From: Octopus bimaculoides
Lineage: Eukaryota
Direction of reading: 5' to 3'
DNA length: 64,000 bases
Assembly: GCF_001194135.2 (NCBI RefSeq)
Contig: NC_068992.1
Span: 31,697,545 to 31,761,544, forward strand
Shown here: positions 13,310 through 26,559 of the stretch, in pieces
How the letters are laid out: each line of letters starts with the position of its first letter
How positions within the stretch are numbered: the stretch's first letter is position 1
Position numbers and translations under genes: made by a program
The notes under the pieces: generated by a model
Told to the model about the DNA's origin: nothing
The model's database searches: none
What the model saw: only the letters and a program-made list of their open reading frames with translations

Positions 13310-14463
13310 AAACAAAGATGGAGACAGGTGGTGTAGAAAACAAACAGATGTATTAGTATATCACTCGGGAATTGAAAAATCTTTAACTTTTCAGCCTACG
13401 CTCTTCCACAGAAAGGAATACAGAAAGAAACAAGGAGAGACAAAAAGTTTGGGTAGTGGTTAGTGATCTATCATGACGAATGCTGGACAGAAGGGTCACG
13501 CAGGGGAGCTAAGAAAAAGGGGAGATAACAAAGTAGTAGCGATCCAAAAATGAATGTGCGCGACTATGTAAGACAGTATGTATGTACTTGTGAAAGAGGG
13601 CTGTTGATGTTGACGTGTGCGTGTGTGTATGTGCAGGTGTGTAAATGTGGGGATGGGAATTGTTCAGTGCTGGAATGTGCGTGGTTGTGTGTTGTGATGT
13701 GATGTTTTGTGTGGTATGGTGTAGAGTGGTGTGGTGTGATTGCGTTGGGAGGTGGGGATTTGAGAGTAGGGAAAGCACGTGTGGGGTGTGGGTTAGGCTG
13801 AGGGTGGGGGAAGATGTGGGGTATGTAGGAGAGGGTGTAAGGGATTGGATGGGGAGGGATGGGAAGGATAAGGAAGGTGGGGTAGGTATGTGTAGCGGTG
13901 AGGTGGGCTTATGAGGGAGGGTTGACGATGAAGGGGAAGGGGAAGGTGGGTATGAGAGAAAAGAATGTAAGAGAGAAGAGAGAAAGAGACTAGGGGTGAA
14001 GAGAAGTAGGAGTGAAGAGATGTAGGAGTCGGAGCAAGAGAAGACAGGCTGGAGGGAGGGGGAGAGATACAAGCGGAGGAGGTTAGATGAAGAGGGGAGG
14101 AGAATTGAGAACAAGTGGCGCAAAAGAGCAAAGAGAGAAGATTAATTCCTGTTCACGGCGCAAACGGGAGACCGGACGGCCCCTGTGCAAGGACAATCCG
14201 AACACGGACAGTTGTTGCAAAGAGTGGCCGTAAGAGCGGAAATGGCGTGAGACTGGGGTATCATTGCCGAGGCGGATGTCTCGGAGGTGTTCTGCGAACC
14301 GGTCAGCTAAGCGGCGTCCTGTTTGTCCGATATACAGAGAATGGCGGACAGAGCAGGAGTGCAATAGATGATATTGGTAGAAGTGCAGGTGAAGGAGTCG
14401 TGATGTGATAGGGTCGTTGGTGGGTGCCGGTGAGGAGAGTGGTGTTGGAGAGGTTAGAGCAAG
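13310..14463 (-). mobile_element. Penelope-like element: GIY-YIG endonuclease end and 3' region
   Basis: ORF segment HSLYIGQTGRRLADRFAEHLRDIRLGNDTPVSRHF...RLRREQELIFSL, followed by a purine/pyrimidine-skewed UTR and the PLE-type end motif CTGTGGAAGAGCGTAGGCTGAAAAGTT. Confidence 0.9.
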
Positions 14464-14920
14464 NNNNNNNNNNNNNNNNNNNNNNNNNNNNNNNNNNNNN
14501 NNNNNNNNNNNNNNNNNNNNNNNNNNNNNNNNNNNNNNNNNNNNNNNNNNNNNNNNNNNNNNNNNNNNNNNNNNNNNNNNNNNNNNNNNNNNNNNNNNNN
14601 NNNNNNNNNNNNNNNNNNNNNNNNNNNNNNNNNNNNNNNNNNNNNNNNNNNNNNNNNNNNNNNNNNNNNNNNNNNNNNNNNNNNNNNNNNNNNNNNNNNN
14701 NNNNNNNNNNNNNNNNNNNNNNNNNNNNNNNNNNNNNNNNNNNNNNNNNNNNNNNNNNNNNNNNNNNNNNNNNNNNNNNNNNNNNNNNNNNNNNNNNNNN
14801 NNNNNNNNNNNNNNNNNNNNNNNNNNNNNNNNNNNNNNNNNNNNNNNNNNNNNNNNNNNNNNNNNNNNNNNNNNNNNNNNNNNNNNNNNNNNNNNNNNNN
14901 NNNNNNNNNNNNNNNNNNNN

Positions 14921-14970
<50 letters not shown>

Positions 14971-15364
14971 AATTCGACTGAAGAGGTTTAATATGTCTGT
15001 GTGTGCTTTTGTATGTACGTGCCTGTCCGCGCACATGTATATATGACTTTGTGCGCTGCTTCTTCGCTTGCGCTTGAGTAAAGTTAATCAAGTTATTTGT
15101 TGAATATCTCCCATTCTTTGATTTGTTCCCTGTGTGTCTTACTTCCACACATTGTCAACACTTTGATGCAGAAGACTTGTTAAAATTCGTTCGAAAGACA
15201 CTTGAACATTGTTTCAAATTATGGCAGTTAATTCAATGTGATTACAAAAATCTCACGCACAAGAGGTACTATATTATGTATATAACGACCGATTTATAGG
15301 TATACATCTTTATGAATGATCAGCCAGTAACATCTTTTTGCCTATATAACAGTTCTGTATGTTG

Positions 15365-15561
15365 ATCTATATTTAAGAGAGATGAAGAATTATGTGCATT
15401 ATTTACATTATTTACATTACTTACATTTGACGGATATTTGTCCTCATCTTGTTTGATGTTAACACAACGTTTCGGCTGATAAACCCTCCAGATTTCTTTA
15501 GGTGTTTTCGGGAATTTTCAAACGTGGGTTCTCATTCCTAAGGTATTTTTCGATGTTGTTG

Positions 15562-15613
<52 letters not shown>

Positions 15614-16018
15614 CATCATTATCATTATCATTATCATTATTGTTGTTGTTGTTGTTGTTGTTGCTGTTGTTGTTATTGTTCAGGTTACTGCTTGGAATCG
15701 AACTCGGAAACTTGGGGTTAGTAGCCCGCGCTCTTAATCACTACACCATATGCCCACGGACCTATGGTGTAGTGGTTTATAGCGCGGGCTACTAACCCCA
15801 AGATTCCGAGTTCGATTTTAAGCAGTGACCTGAAGAGTAACAATAATACTAATAATAATAACATCGAAAAATACCTTAGGAATGAGAACCTAGGTTCGAA
15901 ATATCCCCAAGACACCTGAAGAAGGCTAGAGGATATATCAGCCGAAACGTTGTGTTAACATCAAAGAAGATGAGGACAAATATCCGTTGAATATAAATAA
16001 TGTAAATAATGTAAATAA
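15365..16018. mobile_element. Palindromic element: two head-to-head tRNA-derived units with Penelope-like tails
   Basis: The arms are reverse complements about a centre near 15757; each has A-box TGGTGTAGTGG, B-box GAGTTCGAT, an (AAT)n tract and the tail CAGCCGAAACGTTGTGTTAACATC. Confidence 0.9.
15911..15956 (+). ncRNA. Minimal type-I hammerhead ribozyme-like motif
   Basis: GACAC-CTGAAGA-A-GGCT...AGCC-GAAAC-GTT-GTGTT: stem I GACAC/GTGTT, core CUGANGA plus an extra A, stem II GGCT/AGCC, GAAA, palindromic AC/GT stem III and a GUU cleavage triplet. Confidence 0.6.
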
Positions 16019-17501
16019 AGTTCATTATGTTGTTATATATTATTCATATTATGGGTATCATTACAGTTTCATGCAAAGCATTGACCATTTCTGTTATTAC
16101 TTTTGATATGTTGTATTATTTTGGTTTGGAATGTCAGATGCATATTTCCATAACTTATTTCTTTCTAAGTTTTTATGTGCTGATCAACTTTAACTTCATT
16201 TATCCACTAGTTCGGAATTCATATTTTCAAAAAATGTCTTCGCAACTAAAATTACATTGCATAATCTGTATTACTATCTACTTCTGGCTGTTCATTTTCA
16301 TTGCTTTTCATCAGCACTACAACGCTTCTGGTATTATTAAATACCATATGTTGCAAAGTAAGGACATAATATTATTGGTGGGTCTCGGAATATTTCGTAG
16401 TTGAGAAGTGTTTTTCACTTAGGAGAGAATAGCCATGACCATTTACATATTATCAGTGACTGGTTTGAATGAGGGAAAGATGTGTTCTTATACCGGATAT
16501 CAAACTTGAATATTTGAAACAGAATGAACTCCTTTAATATCATTCAAATTCTAACTTGCGCTGTTCAGCTTGACAAGAATTTATTCATATGTCATCAGTA
16601 GTGGAATTTAAGATCGTTCTAAATTAACCTTGAATGAATAATAGAAGTATTCCCTTGTTAGATAATTATATCATTTGACGCATTCAGATTCATGAAACTG
16701 GTATGTACCATGGTGCGGTGTGAAATCAGAACTCAAGATGTCCGTAGGAAACCCGAAAGATACTTTATCAGATGCTTGAATGATTTTGTAAATATTTGTT
16801 ATTCGTCCAAACAATAAATAAATAAATAAATAAATAGATAAATAAATAACAGAAAGACGCGATCGATATTTATTTTACAAACGCATGTTTAACCGGTTAC
16901 AATATGAATGTTTTCTCTTAGGATATTTGCGTTGCAATGTTACGATACCATTCTAGTTTCTCTAACTGTTATTTTCTGGTTTATTCTTTATAATTGGTTG
17001 ATAAAATTCCTATAACATCCTCATATTGATAATGAACGGATTCACTTGCCAAGACATATTTCAAAAGCATTAGTTATTCCGATATTGTAAACAATATGTG
17101 ATTGTGTCGTTTATATATTGTATCACATTTTATGTTCACCGCCTCCGAGCATGTTAAATTTCTTAGTTACCGCATGCTTTCTGCATTCAATGTATATGGT
17201 GAGGACAAATATCTATTCTTCTCAGGAGAATTATTAGAAATTGAAACAACAGTTTAGACAAAACACAGAGGGTAAATATTTTCTGTATAACATTTTCCAT
17301 ATCCTATGAAATTGCATATATTATCTAATTTATTTGTCCGCTAATTATGAAAGGGGAAAATGGTAGCAACATAGTAATAGTTGGTACTTAAGTTATCAGA
17401 GCTGTTTATGACTAAATCCAGAAACAGGTTGCTTTATATCGGAGAAAATTCTGTATTTGCATTGATTATTGTTCTTGAGGTATGAGTCAAGGAGCCTTGG
17501 G

Positions 17502-17561
17502 AAAAGAATAAAATGCAGATGAGACGGTGTAGATACCATCTCATCCGGATTTTATTCTTTT
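17502..17561 (-). other. 27-bp inverted repeat (hairpin)
   Basis: AAAAGAATAAAAT-GCA-GATGAGACGGT, loop GTAGAT, ACCATCTCATC-CGG-ATTTTATTCTTTT; two plus-strand mismatches become G.U pairs on the minus strand. Confidence 0.6.
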
Positions 17562-19030
17562 GGGTGGTAGTGTGCCATAGCTTATTAAAAACTGTGTGCG
17601 ACCAATTAGTTTGAATAAGAAGCAATTTTGATGAGGACAGAAATGAGTCTCTTGATTCGTCTTTTTGAAGGAAAGTTTCTACATTAGGAAACTGAGGATC
17701 TGGTATTGTATATTAAGACAATATATCAATAATTCCTTAATAAATATATTCCAACAATCAAATATTTCAGTAATGCATATACTAATTTACGTAGTTTTGT
17801 AAATGATGGTTATTGATTATTATTTATGATCAGGATTCATATTAAACTGCCATTTTTTTTTTTAAGATTATTTATCAAATGTTGTGCTTAGTGGCTATCA
17901 GAAGAAGGATATGCTGCAACCATTTACTAACCGAGTGTATAGATGTATACTGACAGATATATAAATTGCACGGAGATGAATCCCTATGTATCATTTTAAT
18001 GAAGAATTACGTTTGACATATCCTAAGCTTTGTTGTACACAACATTGGAAAATTTACATTTCCTACGAATGACTTAACTAACAATAAACGAACATTTAAT
18101 CAAAGGAATCTACGGACGATGGATTCGGTACCGGAGACACTGCAATTAAAATATCTGATAGGTAAAACAAGATCAACTGATCAATCTCAAAATATTCGCT
18201 TATATATTAATATTCATATTATTATGAAGGATATGGTCAAAGCAGATGTATGAATACTTCTGAATGTGTGTGCATATGTGTGTGTGTGTGTGTGTGTGTG
18301 CGTGCGTGTGTGAGTGTGCGTGTGTGCGTGCGATCGTTTGAGTCGTTTAAACATTGCAATGCTTAAATGTAAAGCGGCAGTAGAACCTTAAAGGTATCAT
18401 ATTAATAGATTAAAACATAGCCAAAATAATTATTAGAAGGTCTAAATGTTCGTTGCAAGCAGAGCCATGATTAATGCGTCAAATAGATAAGTGGCTGCAA
18501 TGAACAAAGATTTTCTGACCAACTAATATGTTAAAGATTTGAATGTATTTATTTATTAAAGATATAAGTTGAACAACAAGTAGCATTCCTTGAAACACTA
18601 GACAACTCAGTTTACGGGTAAACGTTGGTAGATTAAGGGAGTTGTATTGAGGAAAAGAACATATGGATGTAGATATGTTTGCTTGAGAGAGGGGAAGTAG
18701 TGGAGGTTCTGCGGATGTCCTTGTGGCAATTATTTAGCCCTATTTAAGATATAGAGGTGGGGTGTGAGTCTTGATGGTTTTAAGATGAAGTGTAAGCGTA
18801 GGATGAGGGTGAGCGTGTGTGTGGCTTGTATTATTAACATCTTTTACAATATGCGTAATTGATAATAACTATTTCCTCCTTATACGTATCTCTTTATGAC
18901 TCCCTTAAATAACAGATCTTGACAAAAACTAATACATATAACATTAATTTATCTGAAATGAGACGAAAAGTAACGTAGAACTAATTAGAATATAAATAAT
19001 ATAAAAGAAAACAGCAGCAAACACCATATA

Positions 19031-19063
<33 letters not shown>

Positions 19064-19588
19064 NNNNNNNNNNNNNNNNNNNNNNNNNNNNNNNNNNNNN
19101 NNNNNNNNNNNNNNNNNNNNNNNNNNNNNNNNNNNNNNNNNNNNNNNNNNNNNNNNNNNNNNNNNNNNNNNNNNNNNNNNNNNNNNNNNNNNNNNNNNNN
19201 NNNNNNNNNNNNNNNNNNNNNNNNNNNNNNNNNNNNNNNNNNNNNNNNNNNNNNNNNNNNNNNNNNNNNNNNNNNNNNNNNNNNNNNNNNNNNNNNNNNN
19301 NNNNNNNNNNNNNNNNNNNNNNNNNNNNNNNNNNNNNNNNNNNNNNNNNNNNNNNNNNNNNNNNNNNNNNNNNNNNNNNNNNNNNNNNNNNNNNNNNNNN
19401 NNNNNNNNNNNNNNNNNNNNNNNNNNNNNNNNNNNNNNNNNNNNNNNNNNNNNNNNNNNNNNNNNNNNNNNNNNNNNNNNNNNNNNNNNNNNNNNNNNNN
19501 NNNNNNNNNNNNNNNNNNNNNNNNNNNNNNNNNNNNNNNNNNNNNNNNNNNNNNNNNNNNNNNNNNNNNNNNNNNNNNNNNNNNNNNN

Positions 19589-19632
<44 letters not shown>

Positions 19633-19635
<3 letters not shown>

Positions 19636-20889
19636 AAGCTGTGGTATTAAAAACTTCCCGTACTAATTCTGTAGCATGCCAACAGATGACAACATACGGC
19701 TACGAGTGCAGTGACAGCTAGCAGTGACAATCATGAGTGATGTTAGGGTGTTTACTTCGCAGTTGTGAAATTTGCGTTTTTGTGATCCCGTGTATGCTGC
19801 AGTCTGCGATATTGCCATGGACAGGAACAAAGAGACGACTAGAAATTTGGGTAGTTTACTACAGAGACGTTGAGAATACGTCGGCAAGTTTACGGTGACG
19901 AGGCAATAGGCTGTGCGCAATATTTCGAGTGACACGGGCGCTTAAAAGCGAAAGAACTTCCCTGGAATACGATGAGTGATCTGAAAGAGCTGTCATGGAC
20001 GTCATCCTCGGGAATGTGTGGAAAATTCATTAGCTTGTGCATGAGGATCATCGGAGGACCAATTGTCGACATTGCTGATGTTATTGCTCAGTCATATGGG
20101 AAAGTGCAGACAATCCCAACGTTTGAATTGAACATTCGGCCTGTCTCTATAGAATTTGTCACCCGCTTGCTGACCACTGAGCAGAAAGAAATCGCGTCAA
20201 GACCTCACTCAGCTTATGACCCATCCTTCATGGCGACCACCATCACTGGTGAGGAGAGTTGGGTCTACGGGTACGATGAAACGAATCAGCAATAGTCACA
20301 ATGGAAAAAAACCTTCATCTTTACGACCGAAGAAGAAACGACAACGCCGCAGCTCAATGAAGAGTATGCTCATCATTTTGATTTGACATCTGCAGTATTT
20401 TGCATCGAGAATTCGTCCTCCAGTGTCAGACGCTAGTCGAGAGTGCTACTGTGACATTTTGAAGCGTTTGAGGGAGGATATTCTGCGTTGGTGACCGAAT
20501 CTGTTGAACGTGAAGGATTGGATGCTTCACGACGTCACTGAACCTTGACACCGAGCCGTCATCACTTTTGAGTTTTCACCAACAACATCATGATATTACT
20601 TCTACACCACCACTATTTGCTAGATTTAGCACCTGTGGACTTCCATGTCTTCTTCGAGATGAAGATGTAGAAAATGTCACCGTTGCCGAGATTCAGAGAA
20701 CATCGGAGGAGGTCATCGACTCGCGTACGAAAAAGCACTACCAGATTCCAAAATTGGTAGCAACGCTGGAGCCGGTCTCTTGCTACGTAAGATGACTATT
20801 GTGAAAGAGAGTTTGTTAAAACTTATCTAAATATGTTATTTTTATTAAACATAACTCGTTCGGGGAAATTTTTGATACCTTTCTGTGTA
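19633..20889 (+). mobile_element. Full-length decayed mariner element (about 1.26 kb) with both TIRs
   Basis: Left end TACAAGCTGTGGTATTAAAAACTTCCCGTAC; right end reverse complement TACACAGAAAGGTATCAAAAATTTCCCCGAAC; interrupted transposase with ITGEESWVYGYD, SQWK, WMLHD and DLAPVDF motifs. Confidence 0.9.
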
Positions 20890-21400
20890 TTTTAATGTGT
20901 GTGTGCGCGTATGAGCTTGCCTGTGTGTGTGTGGGNNNNNNNNNNGGGCATATATAATGCATTAAACATATCATATGGAAAACATAGCTTTGATGTGTTG
21001 GTCATTCTCCATGTGACTGTCACACCTAAAACGGTGCATTCCTTGGCGAAAATAACACAAATGGTAAGCAATGCTCACATATCAAGGAGATTTTGGCTGA
21101 TAAAAACAGGCTTATTAGCTACAAATATATACAAATTTTAAAGAAATAACATGACCAAAACTGTACGGTAAACTATGAGAAGTTATGACCTATTTATTAT
21201 ACCCTCTATAATGCAATTTGCCTTTCATTGGAGACAATTTGCCTTTGAAGAAATATATCTTGCGTGACACATTCTCAAAGACTCATACAAAGATATATGT
21301 ATATATATATATAGATATATGTATATATATATATATATATATANNNNNNNNNNTATATATATGTATACACATACACCCCCACACACAAATATATATATAA

Positions 21401-21552
21401 CACGGCCGTTTTAGCTTTCCATTTACTAGATCAACTCACAAAGTTTTAGTCATCCGGGGATATCCTAGAAGATACTTGACCGAGATGCCACGCTGGGGAA
21501 CTGAACCCGAAGCAACCATGTGCTTAGGAAACACACGTCTTCCTACACAGCC
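21401..21552 (-). mobile_element. tRNA-derived SINE (second octopus-type family)
   Basis: Reverse complement GGCTGTGTAGGAAG...CACATGGTTGCTTCGGGTTCAGTTCCCCAGCGTGGCATCTCGGTCAAGTATCTTC with a B-box-like GGGTTCAGTTCC. Confidence 0.7.
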
Positions 21553-23764
21553 GGCTTTCACAGTACAGTGTAAAAAATGGGAGCTATGCATTAGATTCTA
21601 TGTCTACACTTATTTTCATTCTTATTTCGTCTATGGTTTGATCTCTAAATTTGATGAACATTGCCTAACACAATACATATAATTTTCTTAGGATTTTTTA
21701 AAAATTTCTATTTACATTTTTCCTATGAGTAAAATATTTGGGATATTTCCCTGTGGAATCTATTTTGGCAATTCTGATGAAATATATTTCAAAATTATAT
21801 CGTTGTGCAATTCATAAGCAACTACGCATTCACTACTAGGGAAAATTAATACTGTAAAAAACTCAAATCATTGCCCCTCTCTATAATCAAATTGAAAGTC
21901 TGATATAAGCTGGTCAATCTAGAGTTCAGGCATCTCGTTTAGATGTACATCTGTTGAAGGAGACATGTATATTTATATGGTCAATAAAAGAAAACTCTGT
22001 TGTATATTTTGTCTCCTATACCTCTCTCTCTCCTTTTTTTCACTCTTCCTGTCTCTCTCTTTCTATCTCACTCTCACTCTATCTCTGTATCTCCCATCTC
22101 CCTCCCTCTTTCTCTCTCATTCAATCTCTCATGATCGCATTACATTAAAATTTGTACTATTAGCCACCAGGTCAAAAAATAGTTAAAAGGAAGTGAATTG
22201 CTATGAAGCTATATCGAGAAATGTAGGATGCTATTAGTTTGCAGTAACATTGCAGATCTTTTAAGCAGAGCTATTGACATACACATTATAACCGTACTAT
22301 CCAATATGTGATGTATTTGCAAAGACACTGCAGCTTAATTCATGATAAAAAAAATTGTGTATTTGTACGATAGATCTCGTGGTAACATACAGACTGTAGT
22401 TGAATCGAAGTAGTGATTATCATTCTTGTTTTTTTTGTTTTTTTTTTGCTATTTAGAATACTTTCTTTTAATAAAATCAAGAACTTGCTAATGCTGAATA
22501 AGAAAGCACACGTAAAATTGTTCGTATATTTATTTTAACTGTGAACAGCAAACAAATCACAGTCAGAAGAATTCTTTTCCTCGAATCAAAGACGATATTT
22601 TGTTAAATGTAATCTTAAAATTTCACACTTGATGTAAAATTCTGTAAAATCGTTTGAATTATTTGTTTCAAAAATACGGAAGCGAATAAGAAACGTTCAT
22701 ATACTAGAACTTCTTTGGAAACTGATGTAAGAAAATTGTTCTAATAAGGCTTGATTGTGATGGCGTTTAATAGGGGAGCGTTATATTTTGTGAAATTCAT
22801 CTAATTCTTAATCTAGACCAGTACATCCATAATTCTTAAGCCGAAAGAAACGTAGGAAGTACCAACTATATGCAATATTTTATCATTTTTATTGATAACT
22901 ATGAATTTCAGTCAACTCAGTATTTTTTAAAATTCCAATTATTAATTGATTACTGTCAAATTGTTTAATCATATTGTAATTTCAGAAATATCAGACTTTT
23001 CATATGGAACAAAGAGACTATTGTTTTGAAATATTTCGCATTGTTTCGGAACTTGTCGTGTATGTTATCCTATGTTTTTTTCCTTTGCCTCTTTTAATTT
23101 TTGTTTTTCATTTGTATAGGAAAATAATTCAAAGTTAATTACATCTATTTTTTTCTTTTGTACAAATTTCTTACTGTTTTTCACGTTTAATGTTTGTGGA
23201 TAACTTTGAAGTTAGTCTTTTGTATATTGAAATAAATTTTCGTTTCCATTTCTGGATATATTTGCCGAAATAGATTTAGAAATATATTTTGTGAAGGTAT
23301 TGTTAAACAGAATTACAGTTAAGCATAAATGACTTAGTGAGACTCGGACACAAACTAAGTTAATTGGAATATATTGAATAGTATAACATTAATTTTCCTG
23401 AAATATTTACGTAAATATAATTCATGAAATATTCTAATAAATACATTACTTAATTATTTGACGTTTGTTACCACTTTATATGTCGTAATTGATCAGTTTA
23501 TAAATGGCCTGAAATACTGTTTACTTTTTCATACGTCTATGTAAACAATGTGATCGAAGGTAATGCGGTTACGTACATATATCAGGAGATGCTAGTATAC
23601 TATAGTTGCACAACGAAGTACAATGTCTCTACTGGCAATTAATATACACATACAAGCTATAAGACATTTGTTTATTAATGTGAAACTGTCATATCCATTT
23701 CTGGTACACTGCTAATTGTTGACAAGTCGGATGTGATTCTAAAAATGGAGCAAGAAATCGTAGA

Positions 23765-23799
<35 letters not shown>

Positions 23800-24636
23800 N
23801 NNNNNNNNNNNNNNNNNNNNNNNNNNNNNNNNNNNNNNNNNNNNNNNNNNNNNNNNNNNNNNNNNNNNNNNNNNNNNNNNNNNNNNNNNNNNNNNNNNNN
23901 NNNNNNNNNNGGATAAGAACGCAAAACATCAAGAAAGTTAGGTTATAGAAGAAGGGGACACAACATCCAGATAGACAATACAAAGGAAACACAGACAGGT
24001 CATTCAGAGTTTTCTCTCTTCAGTCGAGATCCAGATTATCTTTGCAATTTCGGCTGGTTATTCTCGATATTGCTCCAATCTGGCCAGCCCCAAGGAAAAG
24101 CTAAACTAAAAGCATTAGATTCCTTGGAAGAAAGCAGCCAAGTATACAAAAACAAGGACGAAAAAAAAACGAACAATAATACAGTAGGAATAATAAGACA
24201 GGACATAACAACAAATGTCTTTCGATTAAGGACGAATGAAATAAGCTGGCGTATATGGAAATAAGGCCTTACAGCCGGGATACAAGATTTCACAGGCACG
24301 GGGAAGAATAACGATGTTGCATGCTCAACGGCCGCCCAAGGAAGAAAGGTCAGACTTGGCCGAACACCGGTCACGTGGAAAGAGAAGAGAAAGAGAGAGG
24401 TAACGGCAGAGGGACAAAAGAATTAAGGAAGGTTGACAAAAAATGACAGAGGCACAGTGAAGTGAAAAGTGGAGAAAGAATAGAAGGCAGGGAAATGTGA
24501 CCGAGGGGGAACGAAAGAACAAACAGTGGAATGAACGAATAAGAGTGAAGGTGCTGATAGACAGAAATAGAGCCATACAAGATTTAGAAAAAATGTATAC
24601 TTACATATAAGAGACAAGTGTTCGTACGCCGCTATA

Positions 24637-24671
<35 letters not shown>

Positions 24672-25321
24672 NNNNNNNNNNNNNNNNNNNNNNNNNNNNN
24701 NNNNNNNNNNNNNNNNNNNNNNNNNNNNNNNNNNNNNNNNNNNNNNNNNNNNNNNNNNNNNNNNNNNNNNNNNNNNNNNNNNNNNNNAGCTCCACCTGAC
24801 CGATAATAAAGCCCCGGCTGGAGCACGCAACGAAGAACAACACAGGCAAAAGGAGGGGAGGAAGGAACAACACGAAGACCATGCGTTGGGTAACCTTTTC
24901 TTTTTCTTTACATAACATCAAAAACATGAGAATAAGGCATTACATAAACATGAGAATACATTTCAAAACATTACATAACAGTTCAATAGCATATAATGGT
25001 GTGACATTGCGTGAACATAATCAAGGGTTCACAATCATTAAGTCCATCAAAAGTTCTTTCTTTTCTTTCTTTTCTCTTTTCGGTTACACATGTGAAAGTT
25101 CTTTCTCTTTCAAGTTAAAGTAACGGTTAACAGTCTGTTTCTTTAAACATCAAACAAATACATTTCTTGGAAGAATATTTGTAACAAATCTTTGCTGTAC
25201 TCAATTCGTTTCTTTCACAAAACTATAATCCAAGAGGCAAACAACTGACTACTGCCATCGCATTTGGCTGCCAATATCCCATCTCTCTGTCCCTCTCTCT
25301 CTCTCTCTGGGACTCTATGCG

Positions 25322-25960
25322 TTTCTGCTGACCATATCTTTCTCTGTCAGACTTATTCTTCAACTTCTTTCTGCTGACCATAGCTTTCTCTGTCAGACTT
25401 ATTCTTCATCTTCTTTCTGCTGACCATAGCTTTCTCTGTCAGACTTATTCTTCATCTTCTTTCTGCTNNNNNNNNNNGTCAGACTTATTCTTCATCTTCT
25501 TTCTGCTGACCATAGCTTTCTCTGTCAGACTTATTCTTCATCTTCTTTCTGCTGACCATAGCTTTCTCTGTCAGACTTATTCTTCAACTTCTTTCTGCTG
25601 ACCATAGCTTTCTCTGTCAGACTTATTCTTCAACTTCTTTCTGCTGACCATAGCTTTCTCTGTCACACTTATTCTTCAACTTCATTCTGCTGACCATAGC
25701 TTTCTCTGTCAGACTTATTCTTCATCTTCTTTCTGCTGACCATAGCTTTCTCTGTCAGACTTATTCTTCATCTTCTTTCTGCTGACCATAGCTTTCTCTG
25801 TCAGACTTATTCTTCCTGTTCTTTCTGCTGACCATAGCTTTCTCTGTCAGACTTATTCTTCATCTTCTTTCTGCTGACCATAGCTTTCTCTGTCAGACTT
25901 CTTCTTCATCTTCTTTCTGCTGACCATAGCTTTCTCTGTCAGACTTATTCTTCATCTTCA
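25322..25960. repeat. 46-bp minisatellite, about 14 copies
   Basis: Unit CTGCTGACCATAGCTTTCTCTGTCAGACTTATTCTTCATCTTCTTT starts at 25325, 25371, 25417 and so on; one small N-gap; no spacers. Confidence 0.97.
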
Positions 25961-26559
25961 CTTAATCTCCTCGACTGGCCCCATCTCCACGGGCAAACTG
26001 CTATCTCCCAACTGCTCCGGCTGGCTGCTACAGTTCGACTGCCTCTGCCGGCTACCAGAACTCCACTGCCCAAAATTCTCTGCTAACTGCTTTTGCCGCC
26101 AATTTCTGTTCTCTTATTCATCCCAAATACCATAGCTCATTGTGCTCCTTTACCCCCTGCCAAGATGGGTCGGTCAGTACACGATTCCTATGCTGCCTTT
26201 TTTGAACTTTCGCTGACCGGAAAGGGGCAGCTACGCTAAAAATAGATGTGGTTGCCGACGAGACAAAGGAAATACCATTCTCCCCAACTGACTAGAGTAC
26301 GAGTTCAAAACCCAGCCCGGGAGATAGGGATATAATGCTAACTGTATATTCGGTGGNNNNNNNNNNATATATATATATATATATATAAAATACAGAATGG
26401 GGCAAGAACGCAAGATATCAAGACAGTTAGGTGATACAAGAAAGGGACAACAAGCATTACCTATTCTTTTTTATCTTCGATCGCATTGTTTGCACAGATG
26501 TGAGACGTCGTATTTCTGAATGTTGTCTATAATTTCTATAGAAAATTCAATCTCAATGC

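Noticed and set aside
15700-15830. tRNA genes
   Set aside because: The A and B boxes are present, but the acceptor stem is incomplete and the sequence continues into repeat bodies. These are SINE heads.
17225-17270. AG/GT-bounded 46-nt candidate exon
   Set aside because: It has stops in all three frames. It could only be UTR, and nothing else supports it.
25322-25960. CRISPR-like appearance of the 46-bp and 16-bp (37288-37399) arrays
   Set aside because: The units are contiguous with no unique spacers, there are no cas genes, and the context is eukaryotic.
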